Assembly: GCF_001194135.2 (NCBI RefSeq)
Contig: NC_068984.1
Coordinates: 97,296,487 to 97,337,649, forward strand
DNA from: Octopus bimaculoides
Lineage: Eukaryota
Direction: 5' to 3'
DNA: 41,163 nucleotides
Of the stretch, positions 30,141 to 41,163 are shown in pieces (position 1 is the stretch's first letter; the number at the start of each line of letters is the position of its first letter). The notes beneath the pieces are model-generated. The model searched no databases and was not told the origin of the DNA. It worked only from the letters and a program-made list of their open reading frames with translations. A program made the position numbers and the translations under genes.

Positions 30141-31149
30141 TTAAAAATATCTTCTTTCCCCACAGACTAATAACAGGTAAGTTATATAGATTTTTTCAAA
30201 TAATTTTATTGTATTTTATAGTAGGTTTTTTAAATGCTTATATAATTGTATTGGATATAACTTTCTATGTGTATTCCATGCAATAAGGTTATCCTGAAAT
30301 AAGAGTTGCGGTTCTATTTGGAAAATCCCAAATTTGTAATAATGTTATAAATGATACTGTTTACATTGCATTTGTAAAGTGTAAAATAGTAAATGTTCTG
30401 ATAACCTGGAATACTTATTATTCCCTAGGATTTAAAAAATATTCATATATATATATATGTGTGTAGAGAGAGAGAGAGAGAAATAAATATAAAGATTTTA
30501 TTAAACTTTCCACATTGTCAAAAGCTTTCTATTTTCTCTCTTTTTACCTTCTTTGATATTACAATACTTGAAGCAAACTACAACACTCTTATATATATAT
30601 ATATATATAATTTTTTTTTATTTGTGTTGTATTGATAATCATTATTTCATGTCTACTTTCCTTGTTGGTATGGGTTGGCTAAGTTCAAAATGTAAACATT
30701 TTCATAAAAAGCCAATATTTTTTAAAGTTTCTCATGATGTTTGTTCTCCACTAAATTAGACAGGATTCCTTTGTCACTCTCACCATCAAAAATGCAGAAA
30801 TTAAATGGAGGAACAGATGCCAAAGAGAATGAAGAAATGTCTAGCACTCAATAACAACTAAAACAACTATAAATATGTTGTCAATGTCTCTTTATTGGTT
30901 GATTATTGATAAATTCATAATATTTATGAGGAATCAAATTATATAAAATATTTTTTATTTCAAAGACATATTTTGTACCAAGAATACATGAAGTTGGAAA
31001 ATATTCAAGTGGATTTCTCTTTGATAGGTTTTAGATACTGCAAGCAGAAAAAACCATAGACAAACACCAATATGAACCAAGAGATTGTGTCAAGCAGATT
31101 CAGATTGTATCTCCTGGTAAAAAGAAGCAAAAATAAATTAATAGATATA

Positions 31150-31510
31150 TCATCATCATCATCATCATTACCACCACCACTATCATCATTTAATGTCTGT
31201 TTTCCATGCTGGCATAGATTGAATAATCTGACAGGAACTGGCAAGCCACAGGATTGTGCTGAGCGCTATTGTCTGTTTCAGTATGGTTTCTATGGTTGGA
31301 TACCATTCCTAATGCCAACCACTTTACAGAGTACCTTGGGTGCTTTATATATTGCACCAGCAGGGTCACCAAGTAACTTGTAAAACAAAGGACCCCCTCG
31401 ACTGGGAAAGGGGAGTAGTGTTGAGGGAGGTGGCTTTGTGCCAGTTAATGAGAAAGTGAAGGTAAATTAGTGAAATAAGTATAGGTGTCTTGCTGTTAAG
31501 AAGGTACATG
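31150..31510 (+). mobile_element. SINE-like family A copy, older and extended
   Basis: (CAT)n start, ttccatgctggcat...ggataccattcctaatgccaaccactttacagag; end approximate. Confidence 0.65.
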
Positions 31511-32339
31511 TCTAACCCAGTTGAAAAAGAGAGAACACGATGGTGCAAAGGTGTTAGGGTATACCCTCAAGTTACAGGAAGGTGAATATAAGGGAAGGCG
31601 TACAAAGGATTGGTCAGAGTGAATAGGTAGGGAAGTTTGTGGGGAAAAGGGAGTGCCAGGGATAAGGTCAGAGGTACATGGGAGTGGAAATGGTGGGAGA
31701 CAGAGGTAATAGAAACTGTGATTGGAAATCCTCCATTTCTTTCTAGCTATCATATGCCCCCTGTGTTCACAGCCCACATTTCACTACCATGTTGCATTGC
31801 TGTTCATACACAAGCATCATAGAATCTATTTTTTTACTCTGAGAGAGAGAGGCCTTGTGTCACCAACAGAGATAATAACTCTCTGAACTTTTCCAGCTGG
31901 TTCTTACTTGTAAGCGTCCTAATGGGCATTCAAGGAAATCTATTTCCCATGAATTCTTATTGAGTATTGCTCCTGCACAACTGCCATACACAATATCTAC
32001 TTTCTCTGTTAATCTTATTTCATTTCATCTCTTATATGTCCAGTTTGCACTGGGTTCATTATATGGAATTTCTACCAATAGCTTTTCTACATATCAATCG
32101 GGGCCAATTTCTTAAGGGATTAGTGGTTTATCTGTTTCCCTACTTATTAGAACTTTGGTTTTTGCTGAATTAACCTTAAAACTCTTTGATTTCAGGTTTT
32201 GCTTCCACACCTGGAATTTCTAATACAGCTTCAGATATTAGAGAAACTCCCAAGAACAACCAATCATAAACACTGCTGTTATGACCTAGTAGACTATAAT
32301 AAAACATGACAATCTCTTCAGTGCTTGTGCCATGATAAA

Positions 32340-32437
32340 ATACACTCTGTAAAGTAACTGGTGTTGGAAAGGGCATCCAGCCATAGAAACCATGCCAAAA
32401 TGAAATGTACAAGGGAAATGGGATTCTCCAACCCATC
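32340..32437 (-). mobile_element. SINE-like family A remnant
   Basis: ctgtaaagt...ggaaagggcatccagccatagaaaccatgcc...ccaacccat. Confidence 0.6.
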
Positions 32438-33659
32438 TAAGAGGGCAGTATCTCTAAATAAGGGTTGACTGAAACTATAACAACCTCTGTGTGTGTGTTC
32501 ATTCTCTTCTGTTTTTAATTATTTAAAATCTTCCTCTGAGGAAGGAACTGGTTTCTAACAGATACAAAGTTCTATCATTGGAATATAAATAACAAAAACG
32601 TTTTAATCTTGAGAAAAGTCTTGCATATTTTCACTGTTCTACTTATAGATTTATTTGTAATGTATGAGTTAGTTGATTGCTTTCTTTTTCTGAAAACCCT
32701 AGCTTATCCACATAATCACTTAGGTATTTATTCACAAAACCAAGTATACCAATTATAATAATTATTATTGGTATAAATTTATAATTTGGATGTAGAAGCT
32801 GGAGGTCTCAAAGCTGTTGTCCATAGTTATCCTCTTTCTCTTTGACTTTCAAAGAGATAGTCACATCCGCAGGACAGTTGACCTCTATGATGGTACATAT
32901 TTTTCTTGTCTGTTCCAAACAATATCTGGTCCATTATGCTTTTACTTGACAAATGTTTTGATAAAAATGTTCCACCAGTATTCATTGTGTTGATGTTTGT
33001 ATATGTATTCAATAACAAGGATTCCAGGACAGTCTTTTTCCTGAATCGTATTGTATATTGTTTTTGCGACATTATGTTGCATAAGGAGGGAGAGCATGCG
33101 TGTGTGTGTGTGTGTGTGCGCGCGTGCATGCATGCCTGAACAACCTTCTGATGAAAAATATCCACATGTTACATGGTTATAAGCATATGTCCACTTCGAT
33201 ACAGTTATAAAAATGAGACAATATGAAAGGAAAGAAAATCCATGCCATGAATAACTTTAAAATTTAACAGTAATAAACATTTGTTGGAATTTCTAAAGAA
33301 CAGCATTGTCTCATTTAATATTAAATATAAACTGAAAGTTATTATTTCTATTGATAATAAGAGCTCTCTTTCGCTCTCTTTCCCACTCAGCGTGAAAGAC
33401 ATTGTATGATGCTTATCTAAGAACAGCAATGCCACACAGTATTGAGGCATGGGCCCTGAAGGCAGAGAGCATGTAAATACTAAAGAGGAATGAGACTAGT
33501 ATGGATTTTGCTAGATTCCATTCTAAACACCTCTGTTATCTGCCCTCTCATATCTATCATCATACTACACTTACTATAGCCCCTATTTCACCCTTTCACT
33601 GCTCCTACACCTTGCTGATCATTCTGCTACTTTCTGATCTTTACTGTATGGATGTGCAT

Positions 33660-33900
33660 ATACAACAAAGTGCTAATGTATTGAGAGAAAAGCTAGGCAT
33701 AAAAGGTATAAGATGTAGTGTGCAAGAGAGAACACTGCACTGGTTTGATCATGTGATGCATATGGATGAGGACAGCTGCTGATAGCTTAAAGTAGACGGA
33801 ATTTGTGGAAGTGGGAGACCCATGAAGACATGGGACAAAGTTGTGAAGGCTTATTTCAAGATAGGAGATGATTGGTGATTTGCTGTGCTTGAGAAAATCC
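33660..33900 (+). mobile_element. RTE LINE 3' fragment
   Basis: SANVLREKLGIKGIRCSVQERTLHWFDHVMHMDEDSC* then GICGSGRPMKTWDKVV, an RTE ORF C-terminus. Confidence 0.8.
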
Positions 33901-34429
33901 ATTCATCACAATATCTTAACACCTCTGTTATCTGCTATCATTTTTAATGCCCTCTCATATCTACCATCATGCTACACTTACTATAGCCTTGCTGATCTGT
34001 ACTCCTACATCTCCCACCTTAGCCCTTTCCTTACTGATATTTCCCATTAACTGCACCTCCACCATTGTTCATCTCTTGCTACATTTACCTCTACCTTCAT
34101 GTCTAACCATCTATTACACAAGTTTGTATATTGTGCGAAGAAGAATCAGATATCTCACAGTTGTTTCATTGTCTGTAAAAAAATATTTTTTAACAAAAAT
34201 GCTCAAACCTGAAATATTAGATTCCTTATCTAGTTGTGATATACAAACTTATCCAAATTAATGAGCTTCATTCTCTGATCTTTATTACAGGCAGACCACA
34301 GCCACCATCAATGCCAAAACCACTACAAATACCAAGATGACAATGATGATCACTATAACTACTGCCACCACCATTGCCGTCCCTCCATAGTTACCACCTT
34401 GTTTTCTCTGACTCTTATCGTTTTATCTT

Positions 34430-35507
34430 TAACTTGTGTCAATCATTAGACTGCGGCCATGCTGGGGTACCACCTTGAGGAATTTTAGTTGATCTAATTG
34501 ACCCCCAGTACTTGTTTACTTTTTAGGCCTGGTACTTATTCTGTCAGTCTCTTTTGGTGAACTGCCAAGTTATGGGGAGATAAACACACCAACACTGGTT
34601 GTCAAGTGGTGGGGTGGGGTGGGGAGACAAACACAGACTCGAAGAGCCACACACACACACACACGTATATATGACAGGCTTCTTTCAGTTTCTGTCCACC
34701 AAATCCCTTCACAAGGCTTTGGTTGACCCATTCTTTTATTTGTTTCAGTCATTTGACTGTGGCCATGCTGGAACACCACCTTTAGTCAAAGAAATCAACC
34801 CTCAGGACTTATTCTTTGTAAGTCTAGTACTTATTCTATTATTCTTTTTGCTGAACTGCTAAGTTACAGGGACATAATCACACCAACATTGGTTGTCGAG
34901 CGATGGTAGGGGGACAAACACAGACACACAAACATATTCATATATATATATATATGTATATATATAGATACGACGGGCTTCTTTCAGTTTCCGTCTACCA
35001 AATCCACTCACAAGGCTTTGGTCAGCCTGAGGCTATAGTAGAAGACACTTGCCCAAGGTGCCACACAGAGGGACTGAACCTGGAACCATGTGGTTGGAAA
35101 GCAAGCTCCTTATTACACAACCATGCCATTATTATTTTACTTGTTTCAGTAATTTGACTGCGGCCATGCTGGAGCATTGCCTTTAGTCAAGCAAATTGAC
35201 TCCAGGACTTATTCTTTGTAAGCCTAGTACTTATTCTATCGGCCTCTTTTGCTGAAGTGCTAGGTTATGGGGACGTAAACACACCAGCATTGGTTGTCAA
35301 GTGATGTTGGGGGGAACAAACACAGATACACACACATATATATATATACATATACGATGGGCTTCTTTCAGTTTCCATCTACCACATCCACTTAGTCAGC
35401 ACAAGGCTATAGCAGAAGACACTTGCCTAGGGTGCCATACAGTGGGTCTGAACCCGGAACCATGTGGTTGGTAAGCAAGCTACTTACCACACAGCCACTC
35501 CTGCGCC
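34430..35507 (-). mobile_element. Three head-to-tail family B SINE copies
   Basis: Units at about 34430-34729 (head missing), 34730-35128 and 35132-35507; each has gactg(c/t)ggccatgctgg, tacttattct, acacacca and cttctttcagttt landmarks. Confidence 0.85.
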
Positions 35508-36574
35508 ATTGTTTACCTTTTTAAAAAAAATCTTGTAGTCATCAACATGCAGAGAAGTTAGATCAAGGATATGCACAACAATGTGAAAACAAAGAAGATT
35601 TTAGAATTTACTAAGTTTGAACTGCAACCGGAGATAACAGTCACTATAGCAAGGTTAGTCATTAACAACCTATTTAGGGGGGAAAAATTTAACTTGCCTT
35701 ACTACTGCATAAAGCGCACCCATACCTTCTTAATAACAAAGAGTGATATACTGAAAAGTGAGATTTTTCACTTAGTAAACTGGAAACTGACACTATGATG
35801 TCTGGACTGAATCATCCCAAGCTTGAGAGTATTTTATATTCTTTGTCAATCAAATTAATGTATGCAACATAAAAAGCAAGAATGCAGCAGAAAGAGAAGC
35901 TTGTGACACAACTATATCATCATTATCAGAATAGATAATAGACTGAAATAAGCTGGACAGAAGTGGATAAAACCTTAAGAACTTTTATACTATGACTAAT
36001 TAGTGAAGGAATTAAGTGTAGTAGCTAATAAGATGGTATTGTGGCAACCACAGTTTGATTTTGTGATGCAACCTTTCATCAAACAACATAGTGAAATTAC
36101 TTTTTTTAAAATTTCTAATGTCACTATTTTTATAAGTTAATTGCTACAAATTGCTGATAATCATTTACTCATTAACAACACATCTAGTGATAATGCTCTT
36201 CTGTAATTTATTTTATGGCATTGCAATATCTTTTTTCCTTAGCGGGTCATAAACACCTGGAGACTTTTGTGCAATATATAATTCATATGTACTTTGTTCA
36301 CATTAATTGTTTTCACAAGTTTACATTGTGTAAGATGTGTAACAACAATCTGTAATAATACATGTTGTACATGTATTATTGTACATGTTCATACACTTCA
36401 AACATCATACTGGAAATCCTAATTGTTTATGTTTTTCCCATCATATAGGTCCAATCTATGTAGTTTAAACTTCTAGTAGATTGTATCTGACTGGTTGATG
36501 AGTTGTTTTGATGTCCACAAAATGATATTACAAAATTATCACAACTAATACGAATGTTGGTAAAAAAAAATCTG

Positions 36575-36996
36575 AGGAGTGGCTGTGTGGTAAGTAGCTT
36601 GCTTACCAACCACATGGTTCCGGGTTCAGTCCCACTGCGTGGCATCTTGGGCAAGTGTCTTCTACTATAGCCTCAGGCCGACCAAAGCCTTGTGAGTGGA
36701 TTTGGTAGACGGAGACTGAAAGAAGCCCGTCGTATATATGTATATATTTATATATATATGTATGTGTGTGTGTGTTTGTGTGTCTGTGTTTGTCCCCCCC
36801 AACATCGCTTGACAACTGATGCTGGTATGTTTACGTCCCCGTAACTTAGCAGTTCGGCAAAAGAGACCGATAGAATAAGTACTAGGCTTCCAAAGAATAA
36901 GTCCTGGGGTCGATTTGCTCGACTAAAGGCAGTGCTCCAGCATGGCCACAGTCAAAAGACTGAAACAAGTAAAAGAGTAAAAAGAGCAAAGAGTAA
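36575..36996 (+). mobile_element. tRNA-derived SINE family B, young full-length copy
   Basis: ggagtggctgtgtggtaag head, gggttcagtccc B-box-like motif, internal microsatellite, (AAAAGAGT)n tail. Confidence 0.9.
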
Positions 36997-37552
36997 ACAA
37001 CATATTTACAAACTATTGAATGTAAAGTTGTTTTGGTAAAAAATAATGTGTTTCCACTTGATACATATATCTTTGTCAAGTGATCTTTTTTTTGGTTACT
37101 AGGACACTCTTGTCACAAATATTTATTGTAATGCCAGAAGAAACAGCTACAAAAGTAATTGCTAACAGCAGGCTAGTAACAAAATTCAAATTTTGTTGTG
37201 CAGTGGCATCCAGAAGTTAATAGATGCACTATTTTAAGAGAAGGATTCACATAATAACACTCTGCTTTTCTACTTAGATTCTAAAGAGAGGAGCCTGATT
37301 AATCATATTATTTAAATTTACAGTATCATTTTCAATCAACTGTTGCCATATAATATTTGATAGAAACCCAATAATAAAGGCATTTTGGATATATATTAGA
37401 TTTAGAATATTATTAACTACATTCTTCTAAGAACCAGAAGAAATAGTCTAATACTTCACCGTTCTTCTAGCACTTAAAATGGTAATTAAACAGACAGACA
37501 TTCAGAGATTTTAGGATACTTGGTGACTTCTATGTTTGTTATGTATTATATA

Positions 37553-37943
37553 GTGGAGGCGCAATGGCCCAGTGGTTAGGGCAGCAGACTCGTGGTCATA
37601 GGATCGCGGTTTCGATTCCCAGACCGGGCGTTGTGAGTGTTTATTGAGCAAAAACACCTAAAAAGCTCCACGAGGCTCCGGCAGGGGATTGTGGCGAACC
37701 CTGCTGTACTCTTTCACCACAACTTTCTCTCACTCTTACTTCCTGTTTCTGTTGTGCCTGTAAATCAAAGGGTCAGCCTTGTCACACTGTGTCACGCTGA
37801 ATATCTCCGAGAACTACGTTAAGGGTAGACGTGTCTGTGGAGTGCTCAGGCACTTGCACGTTAATTTCACAAACAGGCTGTTCTGTTGATCAGATCAACT
37901 GGAACCCTCAACGTCGTAAGCGACGGAGTGCCAACAACAACAA
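37553..37943 (+). mobile_element. tRNA-derived SINE family C, full length with 12-bp TSD
   Basis: A-box tggcccagtgg, B-box ggtttcgattccc, (CAA)n tail, TSD ATGTATTATATA at 37541-37552 and 37944-37955. Confidence 0.9.
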
Positions 37944-40329
37944 ATGTATTATATATGTATTAATAGATTTTATGACTGTGTTTACAGTAGGAAGCCCTTC
38001 CTTTGTCAAATGTTTTGAAAATGTATTGAACTAATCAGTTAAAAGAACTTCCAGATCCGGATCAGAGTGCAGCAATAAAAAAGAAAAGAAAATACTATAA
38101 AAACTTTTTCTGGCGTATTTTATAATGATATCCTTTAACAAAATTAGAACATCAGGTGTGATATTTTTATATAAAAAACTGTATTGGCTGAAATGTAAAC
38201 AATAATTATGAATAAAAAAAAACATGGTGTACATGTTATTTAAACTTAAAAATGGAAACAAAATTACGTACTTAAAATAGTGTGATAAAACATTTTAACA
38301 GCGAATAATATAACAGCTTCATTGTTATCTTTGTTATCTAAATGTGTTTTTATTACAGGAAGGAAAAATTTGGATGATGACATAGCTGTGTGATTTAGAA
38401 GTTCACTTTACAACATCATAGTTTTGTTGGTGTGATTAAAATTAAAAATATACTGTCATTATCAAATTAAAATTGGTTTTCTGGAAAAATCACGTTTGTT
38501 TGATCTCTACAATGTCAACTTCACTGCAGACACCCTTGCCTTCTTCATCATTATAATTCAAAAGGCAATATAGATATAATTTGCATTTTTTTTTGTTTCA
38601 TTTAAGATTTATAAACTTGTTCAGAATATTTTATACAGCAATTATAAACACAAGTAAGTGCATATTATACACAAGAAATGTTTTTTCCAGGATTTCATTC
38701 TCAATAATTAGTGGTACATTTTCTATAGGAGTCTATATTATACATGAATAAGTACCTTAATTAAATTCATAAATGCAAAATCACACTAATATCGTCATCA
38801 TTTTCTATATCTGAGTTTCCATACTAGCAATATTTGGATAAAGGCTTATTGAGGTAGTATTTTACTGCTGAATGCTCTTTGTTACCAATTGTTGTCACAT
38901 TTTCAAATAAAATATTTTCATTATAGTGATCTTCACAAACAGAGTGTAGAAGCACAGAACATTTTGTTTACAGGAGAAATAAACATATCACCTTTTTACC
39001 TGAAACAGTGTCATGCACATTTTTTTCTGTCAGTAAACTTAAATCATTTGCTTGGTTGTTTTCATGGTTCTGTGGTCAAATAGGACTAAGAGAATATTTT
39101 CAGCGATGAGTGCTGAAGTGGGACAAACACTGTAATTTTCAACTAGATAGGCTGAAATAGGTACTATAGTGATACCTAGTTCATAATTTGAATTTATAAT
39201 TCATGGTAAGCAAAAATCTATAGTTCCTAGTAAACAAAAATGATAGTAAAAGATAAATGCAATAAAATAGTTACCGTACCTTGTCAAAATCAGACAGTAT
39301 AGGGATTCAGTGGTGTGAGTGAAACAGGTAAATGCAACACTAAAAGAAGATATTTGAAATACAAGTAAGAAATTTTATCATCTTTTAATAATGGAAAATA
39401 ATTATTTGATTTATTTAACATGGAGAAAAATAAAAGTAAAGCTGGACAAACAGAACATTATTGTAATCTTTCTTAGAAATTTTGTCTCTAACACAGTAAG
39501 GATTTTATAGGAAAGACTACATTTCTTGTTTGAGTGTCTAAAGCAGAGTTTACAGCAACTTGGAGACAATATCCTTGTATACAAGTCAGTGATAATTCTC
39601 TCTTTCACTGCTGACAAAGCTGAGGCCATCCTGTTCCACCAGTTTTAACCTATGAATGTGAATGTGTCAAGAGTTGTCAACACATTTATAACCTCCAATT
39701 GTAATTAAAAATATCCAGAGTTAATGATGGATGAATCAGTAGGGTGAAAGGCTTCCAGACAAAAATTGCTGAGTTGTGTTCATGGCAAGCGTACTTAACA
39801 AAGCAACTGTGGTCCAACCCAGCCTGATGTCAATAGGTACCATATGGTATAATCAACCGAATAGTATATGAAGCAGTAACACTGTAAAATAGTTACCCAA
39901 TCCAACCTGATGCTAATAGGTACCATTGTCTTTTGTTAACTAATAATGTTGAGTTTAGCTGTTTTTTTCTTTTTATTAGTTTGACCTGGAAAGCTGGGCT
40001 GTACCCACAATGTAAAGGAAGAAACTGTGCCCATCATTTTCATGCTCTCCAAGACCATTAACATTGGTCAAGTCAATGTATGCAAAAAAAGTATAAAAGG
40101 GAATTCTTGGGGGACCAACATTCTAGACGAAAAAGGATTGGGAAAGAGATAGACACAGTTTGTATTACAAGGGGAGAAGAGGTAAGTGAGTCAGGAGTGC
40201 CTAAGTGGAGATAGCACAAAACTAGCCAACTTAGAGAAACATAGAGAAATATAACAGTAGTACAAAAAGTAGAGAGAGGAAACATCTTATCATCATCATC
40301 ATCATCATCACCATTCTATGCTGCCATAG

Positions 40330-40560
40330 TTCAACTGGCACTACACAATTTTCTGTGTTGATGTCTCCCTTCTTCATTAGTTCTTTATGCTTAAATTTTA
40401 ACTGCATGTTTACCAACACATATTTCATCACTGCACTTCTCACCATGTATTTAGTATGCCCATACATCTCAGCTCTGCATGTCTAACCACACAAATCAAT
40501 CTCTTTCTTTAGTTTCACATAGTCCCTAATGACCAATTTCTCTCAGCATGCCACATTAAT
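40330..40560 (-). mobile_element. Highly decayed RTE-like LINE fragment
   Basis: The minus strand shows a weak resemblance to the LREKLG...RWYGH region seen at 33660-33900. Confidence 0.35.
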
Positions 40561-40611
40561 GCTCATCACATCACTAAATAATGAAAGCAGTTGATATATC
40601 AAACCTATTTG

Positions 40612-40630
40612 AGATATCTGAAATATTCTA

Positions 40631-40642
<12 letters not shown>
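40612..40642. repeat. (TA)n microsatellite
   Basis: Direct reading. Confidence 0.95.
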
Positions 40643-40666
<24 letters not shown>

Positions 40667-40735
40667 CGTTTATATATTTGTTTTGCAAGATTCTTGATGT
40701 GAAATCGTGTGTTGAAACAGATATTGTTGTATTTG

Positions 40736-41024
40736 GGGATGGTCATGTTGCCAGTTTAGCCAATAAAAACACATGCACGATATATTTGGTGTTAATTTGC
40801 TTCAGCTTCATATTACATTAATCGTATTTTGGCCAGAGTTCTTTCATCACACTTCTGTGACCTCATCAGAAAGAAGAAAGCAAAGGACCACTGATGAGGT
40901 CACAGAAGTGTGACGAAAGAACTCTGGTCGAAATACAATTAATGTAATATAAAGCTGAAGCAAATTAACACCAAATATATAGTATGTGTGTTTTTATTGG
41001 CTAAACTGGCAACATGACCATCCC
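40736..41024. repeat. 289-bp palindrome (134-bp arms, 21-nt spacer), Penelope-like terminal-repeat type
   Basis: Arms 40736-40869 and 40891-41024 align without gaps, with 9 mismatches by manual count. Confidence 0.95.
40886..40929 (+). ncRNA. Putative minimal type I hammerhead ribozyme
   Basis: GACCA-CUGAUGA-G-GUCACA-GAAG-UGUGAC-GAAA-GAAC-UC-UGGUC: stem I GACCA/UGGUC, catalytic core, 6-bp stem II, minimal stem III; predicted cut after C40924. Activity untested. Confidence 0.6.
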
Positions 41025-41087
41025 TACATTATTGAACGCACACGTCCTTTTTTGCAAGTAAGTCTACTATTATTCTGACGTGACTAT

Positions 41088-41094
41088 CTTTCTT

Positions 41095-41141
<47 letters not shown>

Positions 41142-41156
41142 GTCTATCTATCTATC
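41088..41156. repeat. (TCTA)n microsatellite
   Basis: Direct reading. Confidence 0.95.
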
Positions 41157-41163
41157 TTTTTAT

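Larger units (their letters stand above)
28321..30343. mobile_element. Foldback-like element / long inverted repeat (~490-bp arms)
   Basis: 28321 to ~28810 is the reverse complement of ~29580-29890 plus 30145-30343; ends attattacaaatttgagatttt and aaaatcccaaatttgtaataat; contains nested SINE and MITE insertions. Confidence 0.85.

Noticed and set aside
32743-32776. AT-rich short palindrome (also the 7-bp stem at 14942-14958 before exon 3)
   Set aside because: Short or low-complexity; expected by chance at this base composition.
32827-33165. Minus-strand ORF with faint resemblance to a Penelope ORF segment (NTGGTFLSKHL)
   Set aside because: The similarity is too short and degenerate to call without a profile search.
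37555-37625. tRNA gene
   Set aside because: It is the tRNA-derived head of a SINE: it continues into a SINE body, tail and TSD, and no full cloverleaf is evident.
38359-38393. Possible plus-strand terminal exon (RKNLDDDIAV*) after a good acceptor; similar candidates at ~30766 and ~39511
   Set aside because: No upstream partner exons or homology were recognised.
35540-39339. Possible minus-strand exons (39280-39339, 35726-35750, from 35669 leftwards) with reasonable splice sites
   Set aside because: The translations match no family I recognise, one implied intron is only 56 nt, and phases are ambiguous. RNA-seq or TBLASTN would be needed.
39816-39928. Two ~28-bp similar segments (cctgatg...aataggtaccat) as a CRISPR-like or tandem array
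   Set aside because: Only two imperfect copies, in eukaryotic DNA; this is an ordinary local duplication.

Overview
Eukaryotic, AT-rich, repeat-dense genomic DNA with four N-gaps. The SINE, RTE and microsatellite content suggests an octopus/coleoid cephalopod; this is inference, not checked. One host gene can be rebuilt from the sequence: a six-exon + strand SDF2/SDF2L1-family gene, join(2139..2208,5186..5298,14975..15057,17253..17392,18471..18552,22814..22982). It has 657 nt, 218 aa, all GT-AG introns, compatible phases, a signal peptide, three MIR repeats and a C-terminal HDEF, with an ERSE-like motif just upstream of the ATG. Its introns hold a decayed Helitron with both ends intact, a decayed mariner, RTE fragments and SINEs. 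Downstream (23-41 kb) I found no recognisable protein gene. That region holds several small DNA-transposon derivatives, a ~2 kb foldback with a nested TTAA-type MITE, SINE clusters, and a 289-bp palindrome whose arms carry a Penelope-type minimal hammerhead ribozyme motif. The hammerhead palindrome is the most intriguing signal, but I cannot show from sequence alone that any of this is a new biological system.
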